Shown here: in pieces, positions 59,662-64,000 of the stretch
Layout: the number at the start of each line of letters is the position of its first letter
How positions within the stretch are numbered: position 1 is the stretch's first letter
Assembly: GCA_018651085.1 (NCBI GenBank)
Contig: JABIEQ010000002.1
Span: 12,777 to 76,776, forward strand
Reading direction: 5' to 3'
DNA length: 64,000 bases
From: Candidatus Magasanikiibacteriota bacterium
GTDB taxonomy: Bacteria > Patescibacteriota > Patescibacteriia > Magasanikbacterales > UBA922
The notes under the pieces: model-generated
Databases searched by the model: none
Told to the model about the DNA's origin: nothing
What the model saw: the letters and a program-made list of their open reading frames with translations, nothing else
Translations under genes and position numbers: made by a program

Positions 59662-60429
59662 ATGGAATTTATTCGTTCTATCTTTGAAGCAATTCTCTTT
59701 CAACCATTGTTTAATGGTTTTGTAGGATTGTACAACATTATCCCAGACGTTGGTGTTGTTATTGTTATTATTACGGTTCTTTTGAAACTCGTTCTTCATC
59801 CGCTTACCTCTAAATCTATTAAGGCACAAAAATCTCTTCAAGATTTACAGCCAAGGATAAAGGAGGTTAAAGAAAAGTTTAAAGGTGATCAACAACGTCT
59901 TGCACAAGAAACCATGAAGCTTTATAAGGAACATAAGGTAAATCCTTTGGGATCATGTCTTCCTATTTTGGTGCAGTTACCTGTATTTTTGGCATTATAT
60001 TGGGTTCTTAGAGATGGGTTAACGAATGCAAACTTTGATTTACTCTATTCATTTGTTTCAAATCCAGAATCGATTAATGTGATTAGTCTTGGTTTTTTTG
60101 ATCTTGGAAAATCCAATATTGTGCTTGCCCTTCTTGCTGGTGCTGCACAATTCTTCCAAGCTAAAATGATGTTTGCCAAGCGCGCTCCTAAAGCTGCTGG
60201 TAGTGGCGCAAAGGACGAAAATATGATGGCGATGATGAATAAGCAAATGTTGTATTTCATGCCAATTATTACTGTGGTTATTGCTATGCAGTTGCCAGCT
60301 GGACTTTCTCTTTATTGGTTTTTGTCTACGCTTATTACCGCGATTCATCAATTTTTCTTATTTCGTAAGAAAAAGGATGTTGGATCCACTGCTGTTATTG
60401 AAGGGAAACTTGTTGACGACGAAAAATAG
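59662..60429 (+). CDS. yidC: membrane protein insertase YidC/Oxa1 family (short form)
   Basis: LYKEHKVNPLGSCLPILVQLPVFLALY core of the 60 kDa inner-membrane insertase domain; 5 TM. Confidence 0.75.
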   Translation: MEFIRSIFEAILFQPLFNGFVGLYNIIPDVGVVIVIITVLLKLVLHPLTSKSIKAQKSLQDLQPRIKEVKEKFKGDQQRLAQETMKLYKEHKVNPLGSCLPILVQLPVFLALYWVLRDGLTNANFDLLYSFVSNPESINVISLGFFDLGKSNIVLALLAGAAQFFQAKMMFAKRAPKAAGSGAKDENMMAMMNKQMLYFMPIITVVIAMQLPAGLSLYWFLSTLITAIHQFFLFRKKKDVGSTAVIEGKLVDDEK

Positions 60430-60434
60430 TATAT

Positions 60435-60722
60435 ATGAATGTATCTTTTCAACAACTTAAAGGTTGTCGTGTTGAGACGGTATCTGGTATGTTTTTAGGT
60501 AAGGTTTCTACTATTTTTTTTGAAACGGATGGGCAGCTTATTACTCATTATGTTGTGAAAAAAGGTTTTTTTTCTGAAAGTAAGCATATTAGTCGTGAGC
60601 AGATTGTACGATTTTCTGAAAATATACTTCTTGTTGACGATACACTTTCTTCTGTTTCTTCGTTAGAAGAGCAAATGCTTTCTGGTATACAGTCTGAAGC
60701 ACTTGTTATGGATGAGGTATAA
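60435..60722 (+). CDS. PRC-barrel-like small protein
   Basis: 95 aa; pattern LKGCRVETVSGMFLGKVSTIFFETDGQLITHYVV reminiscent of PRC/RimM-type barrel. Confidence 0.35.
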   Translation: MNVSFQQLKGCRVETVSGMFLGKVSTIFFETDGQLITHYVVKKGFFSESKHISREQIVRFSENILLVDDTLSSVSSLEEQMLSGIQSEALVMDEV

Positions 60723-60805
60723 TAATTTTGTAATATATATTTTAAACTACCCCTTAGGGGGTAGTTTTTGTTTTTTATGGGAATTAGGTACACTATGAGT
60801 GTATT

Positions 60806-61750
60806 ATGTTAGATATTCATAAACAATCTATTTTACAGACATTAGCTTATTTTGATTTGTTTGATCATCCTCTTACGGTTTTTGAATTGTATCGGTGGCG
60901 ATGGGGTAATATTCCTATTCCTTTTTTAGATTTTCTGATATGTATTGATGAACTTGTAACACAAGGTCAGATTTTTTCTCTTTCTGGTTATTATGGTTTG
61001 TCTGATAGAGAAGGACTTATCGTATCTATTCGTGAAACACGTGTTGAACTTATTCATAGAAAAATGGCCGTTGCTGTTCGGGGTATTAAGCTTCTTCGTT
61101 TTGTGCCTTTTATTCGTGCGGTGTTTGTGTGTAATACTGTTGCTGCTGGAGTTGCTAATGAAAAAAGTGATATTGATTTATTTATAGTTTCGAAAGAACA
61201 TCGCTTATGGCTTGTTCGTTTTTTTTCTACATTGCTGTTACGTTTTTTTCGATTACGTACTATGGGAAGGAAGACTTCAAATCGTTTATGCTTGAGTTTT
61301 TTTGTGAGCGATAAGTCACTTTCTTTTTCTTCTTTTTCCCTTAAAGATGATATATATCTTCATTATTGGCTTTTACAATTATTGCCCGTGTATGATCCAT
61401 ATAATGTATTATCTTCTTTATTTTTAGAACATAATATTTCATCATCTCTTTCGATCTCTGCTTTTTCTTCTCTAACCTCTCGTTGGGGTATTATTGATAT
61501 TTTTTTCACACGTGTGTGGAGATCTTTTTTTGAGCGTATATGGGGTGGTGGATATGGGTCTTTTTTAGAGAAACAAGCAAAATCTTTTCAACTATTTCAA
61601 CCGTATCTTCGTAAGGTTACAGAACAGTCAGATATGGGGCATATTTTGCTTTCTGATGATATAATAAAGTTGCATGATCCTGATAGACGAGCAGAGTATA
61701 AAAAAAAATGGCAAGAACGATACATTTCTTTACAAACAAAAACACACTAG
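60806..61750 (+). CDS. nucleotidyltransferase-fold (Pol-beta-like) domain protein, function unknown
   Basis: G[SA]..G(x9-13)D[LI]D motif region CNTVAAGVANEKSDIDLFIVS; remainder hydrophobic/unknown; followed by hairpin terminator. Confidence 0.4.
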   Translation: MLDIHKQSILQTLAYFDLFDHPLTVFELYRWRWGNIPIPFLDFLICIDELVTQGQIFSLSGYYGLSDREGLIVSIRETRVELIHRKMAVAVRGIKLLRFVPFIRAVFVCNTVAAGVANEKSDIDLFIVSKEHRLWLVRFFSTLLLRFFRLRTMGRKTSNRLCLSFFVSDKSLSFSSFSLKDDIYLHYWLLQLLPVYDPYNVLSSLFLEHNISSSLSISAFSSLTSRWGIIDIFFTRVWRSFFERIWGGGYGSFLEKQAKSFQLFQPYLRKVTEQSDMGHILLSDDIIKLHDPDRRAEYKKKWQERYISLQTKTH

Positions 61751-61967
61751 AAATGTAGTGTGTTTTTGTAGGGACCCCTGGCGTGCGTTCGCCAGAGATC
61801 GATGAAGAGGAGACGCGTATTATCGCAGCGCCATGTACAAAATACAGAATAGACCCACCCGGAACATATGGGTGAAGGTGTACAACCACAATGCATTAGC
61901 AATCTTGTCCATGATTGCGTTCTCTCGCTGACTTCCTTGTCTGGCGCTCATAGGGTCTCCCTGGTTT

Positions 61968-63440
61968 GTGTTTCCTCTTCTATCCTTGTTTGTTCCAATT
62001 TCGGTCCACCATCTTTGGTGTGTAACCGCTTTTGAAAACAGTAGACCATATCATAGCTTTACTTTTATGTCAAGTATACCGGCTTTCTTTCATCCCATAA
62101 GTAAATCCTTATTTTCCTTTTTTTTAGGGCTTTTTTTGTTCTTTTTTCCTTGGCAGACGGCCTGGGTTTATCATGAACGTTTTTTGGGAGGAGTAACGTG
62201 GCAGTATGCGATAGAACAGTTTTATCTTGTAGAAATATTTTTGTGGGGTGCTGTATGTTGTCTTTTTATATATTATGTTCGTCGATTGTTTTTTTTACGC
62301 TCATCTATAGCCTTGCGACTTACCCGGGATAGAATATTTTTTTTGTCTCTTTTGGGTTTTTGCATTTTTGTATTTTCTTCTCTTGTTTGGGCAACAGACT
62401 CTCGTATAGCATATAATCATGCATTTCACCTTCTTGAAGGGGGACTTGTTTTTCTTTGTTTATTTGTAGGGCCCATATCATTTTCTCGTGTGTGTGCATT
62501 ATTTTCTTTTGGGGCTGTGGTTCCTAGCATACTTGGTATATGGCAATTTTTTTCTCAATCTACTTTTTCATTTTCCTTGTTAGGATTAAGCAAACATCCA
62601 GTTATTGAAGCTGGAACATCAGTCATTGTGTCTAGTGGAGGAGAACGTTTATTACGAGCATATGGATCATTTCCTCATCCAAATATATTTGGGGGGTATC
62701 TGGTACTCGTACTTATGTGTATGATGTGTTTGTATTTTTTTTCTCGGGTTAGATATCAGCGTTATGGCATACTGTTGGGTATTTGTTTTTTTACAGCGAC
62801 GTTGTTTTTGACATTTAGTCGTTCAGCTATGCTTTCTTTTTTGTGTAGTATTTTTTTGTTATGTGTTTTAATCTTTGTATTTTTTCGTCGCAATAAAAAA
62901 GTGTTCCTACGGTTATGTACTCTTATCGTTTGTGTGGGTATTGTGTTGGTAGGCTTTGTTGCGTTATATCCTTCTTTTGTCTATAACCGTATTCATGGAG
63001 TGGGGGCAACAGAAGTGCGATCTTTAGATGAACGACTTTCTTCTTTTTCTGATGCAAAATATTTGTTTTCTACGGCACCTATTATTGGTGTTGGGGTAGG
63101 GAATTATACGGCTGCTCTTACGTTTGTATATCCTAATTTGCCGGCTTGGGCGTATCAGCCAGTACATAATGTATTTTTTCTTATATTGGTGGAACTTGGT
63201 ATTGTCGGATTTGTAGGTATTGCATGTATGAGTGTGCTATATATTTTATTTTTATCGTTTTGTGGAGCAAAAATTCATAGAGTATTTCTGTTCATATTAT
63301 TTTTGTTTCCAATACTCCCACTACTTCTTTTTGATCATTATTTATGGTCACTTTTTCCTGGAGTAATGCTTTTAGCTGTGTACGTAGCATTATTTGGTCG
63401 CTTGTCCACACATCGTACACCTGTTATACACATTGTATAG
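61968..63440 (+). CDS. Wzy/O-antigen-ligase-like polytopic membrane protein
   Basis: About 10-12 TM helices with a large periplasmic-type loop; start uncertain (GTG 61968, ATG 62067). Confidence 0.5.
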   Translation: MFPLLSLFVPISVHHLWCVTAFENSRPYHSFTFMSSIPAFFHPISKSLFSFFLGLFLFFFPWQTAWVYHERFLGGVTWQYAIEQFYLVEIFLWGAVCCLFIYYVRRLFFLRSSIALRLTRDRIFFLSLLGFCIFVFSSLVWATDSRIAYNHAFHLLEGGLVFLCLFVGPISFSRVCALFSFGAVVPSILGIWQFFSQSTFSFSLLGLSKHPVIEAGTSVIVSSGGERLLRAYGSFPHPNIFGGYLVLVLMCMMCLYFFSRVRYQRYGILLGICFFTATLFLTFSRSAMLSFLCSIFLLCVLIFVFFRRNKKVFLRLCTLIVCVGIVLVGFVALYPSFVYNRIHGVGATEVRSLDERLSSFSDAKYLFSTAPIIGVGVGNYTAALTFVYPNLPAWAYQPVHNVFFLILVELGIVGFVGIACMSVLYILFLSFCGAKIHRVFLFILFLFPILPLLLFDHYLWSLFPGVMLLAVYVALFGRLSTHRTPVIHIV

Positions 63441-63681
63441 TTTTTATCTTTTGTATAGCTATAATTGACACTACCTTCTATTCATGACACACTATACGTG
63501 TCGTGGATAAAGAGCTTATTGGCGGCTATAGGCGCGATGTGTTCGCCATTTGATTTCGTGTGACGACAGGCATCACGGAATCGATAATGGACGGCATGTC
63601 GAGCTTATTGCCACCTATAGGCTTTTTTTAATTGTAGGATTCTTGACAGCCCTATTTTTTTTATATAAGATAGGGCTGTTA

Positions 63682-63708
63682 TTATCACTCAAACAAGTGG
63701 AGTGATAA
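63682..63708. promoter_or_regulatory. CIRCE-like inverted repeat (HrcA operator variant) upstream of groES
   Basis: TTATCACTC-N9-GAGTGATAA versus consensus TTAGCACTC-N9-GAGTGCTAA; TTGACA-N17-TAAGAT promoter just upstream. Confidence 0.6.
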
Positions 63709-63741
63709 TCTTTCCTTTTAATATATACTTATATTTATATG

Positions 63742-64000
63742 ATGATTAAACCACTTGGGGATCGAGTTGTTGTAGAACAATTAAAACAAGAAGAAATGAC
63801 TAAATCAGGTATTTTTCTTCCTGGTAATAGTGATAAAGAAAAAAAAGCTGAAGCTGTTGTCATGGCTGTCGGCTCTGGACGAGTATTAGAAAATGGTACA
63901 CTTGCCCCTATGCCTGTTTCTGTTGGACAAACTATTTTAATGAAAACGTGGGGAGGAGATGATGTGAAAATTGAAGGAAAAGAGTATAAAATTGTTTCTG
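63742..64000 (+). CDS. groES: co-chaperonin GroES (3' truncated by window edge)
   Basis: MIKPLGDRVVVEQ...KSGIFLPG...VVMAVGSGR typical Cpn10. Confidence 0.9.
   Translation, partial: MIKPLGDRVVVEQLKQEEMTKSGIFLPGNSDKEKKAEAVVMAVGSGRVLENGTLAPMPVSVGQTILMKTWGGDDVKIEGKEYKIVS

Noticed and set aside
1-64000. Alternative genetic code (UGA or UAG recoding, as in some CPR lineages)
   Set aside because: All conserved genes (fusA, prfA, aaRS, helicase, 1253-aa surface protein) are intact full-length ORFs under the standard code with no in-frame stops needing reassignment.
1-64000. CRISPR arrays and rRNA genes
   Set aside because: No regularly spaced direct repeats were seen. None of the universal 16S/23S signature sequences (for example GTGCCAGCAGCCGCGGTAA, GGGATAACAGGCTGATC) occur in the window.

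Overview
This is a 64-kb chromosomal window, about 35-40% GC, dense with housekeeping genes. Its gene content and style suggest a Candidate Phyla Radiation / Patescibacteria-like bacterium using the standard genetic code. Style cues are short overlapping genes, a Lys-rich tail on L19, many family-1 glycosyltransferases, RNase J and a giant surface protein with Pmp repeats. The ORF track evidently allows TTG/GTG starts, so several starts were moved to internal ATGs. Recognisable content:
- Translation: four aminoacyl-tRNA synthetases (valS 3' end, tyrS, argS, trpS), prfA-prmC, the rpsL-rpsG-fusA (str) block, and ribosomal proteins L19, L31, L32 and an unlisted 58-aa L28.
- Other housekeeping: nusB-rnc, nusA, yidC, secG, RNase J, queA/tgt, ndk, malic enzyme, a UvrD-like helicase and the start of groES preceded by a CIRCE-like operator.
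- RNA genes: three tRNAs (Leu-GAG, Arg-TCG, Lys-CTT) and a minus-strand RNase P RNA. A spurious ORF (16882..17094) falls inside the RNase P RNA.
- Cell envelope: a polyprenyl-phosphate sugar transferase, four GT1 glycosyltransferases (one fused to a MazG-like domain), a mannose-1-phosphate guanylyltransferase, a PAP2 phosphatase, MltG, a Wzy/O-antigen-ligase-like membrane protein, a DsbA-like protein and a thioredoxin-CcdA/DsbD fusion.
- Most notable: (i) a tightly packed five-gene enzyme cassette at 3827-9413 (nitroreductase/SagB-like, Leu/Phe-dehydrogenase-like, PaaK-like adenylating enzyme, ThiF/E1-like, alpha/beta-hydrolase) abutting an orphan 7TM sensor kinase; it resembles RiPP or small-molecule tailoring machinery but lacks a YcaO and a visible precursor. 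(ii) Three sharply GC-rich islands (about 55-62% GC) at roughly 13.6-14.45 kb, 40.06-40.54 kb and 42.64-43.85 kb, with unknown ORFs and hairpin-rich non-coding flanks, suggesting acquired elements or structured RNAs. (iii) A 26-bp perfect palindrome with GTAC half-sites directly upstream of a TrpR-like gene and trpS.
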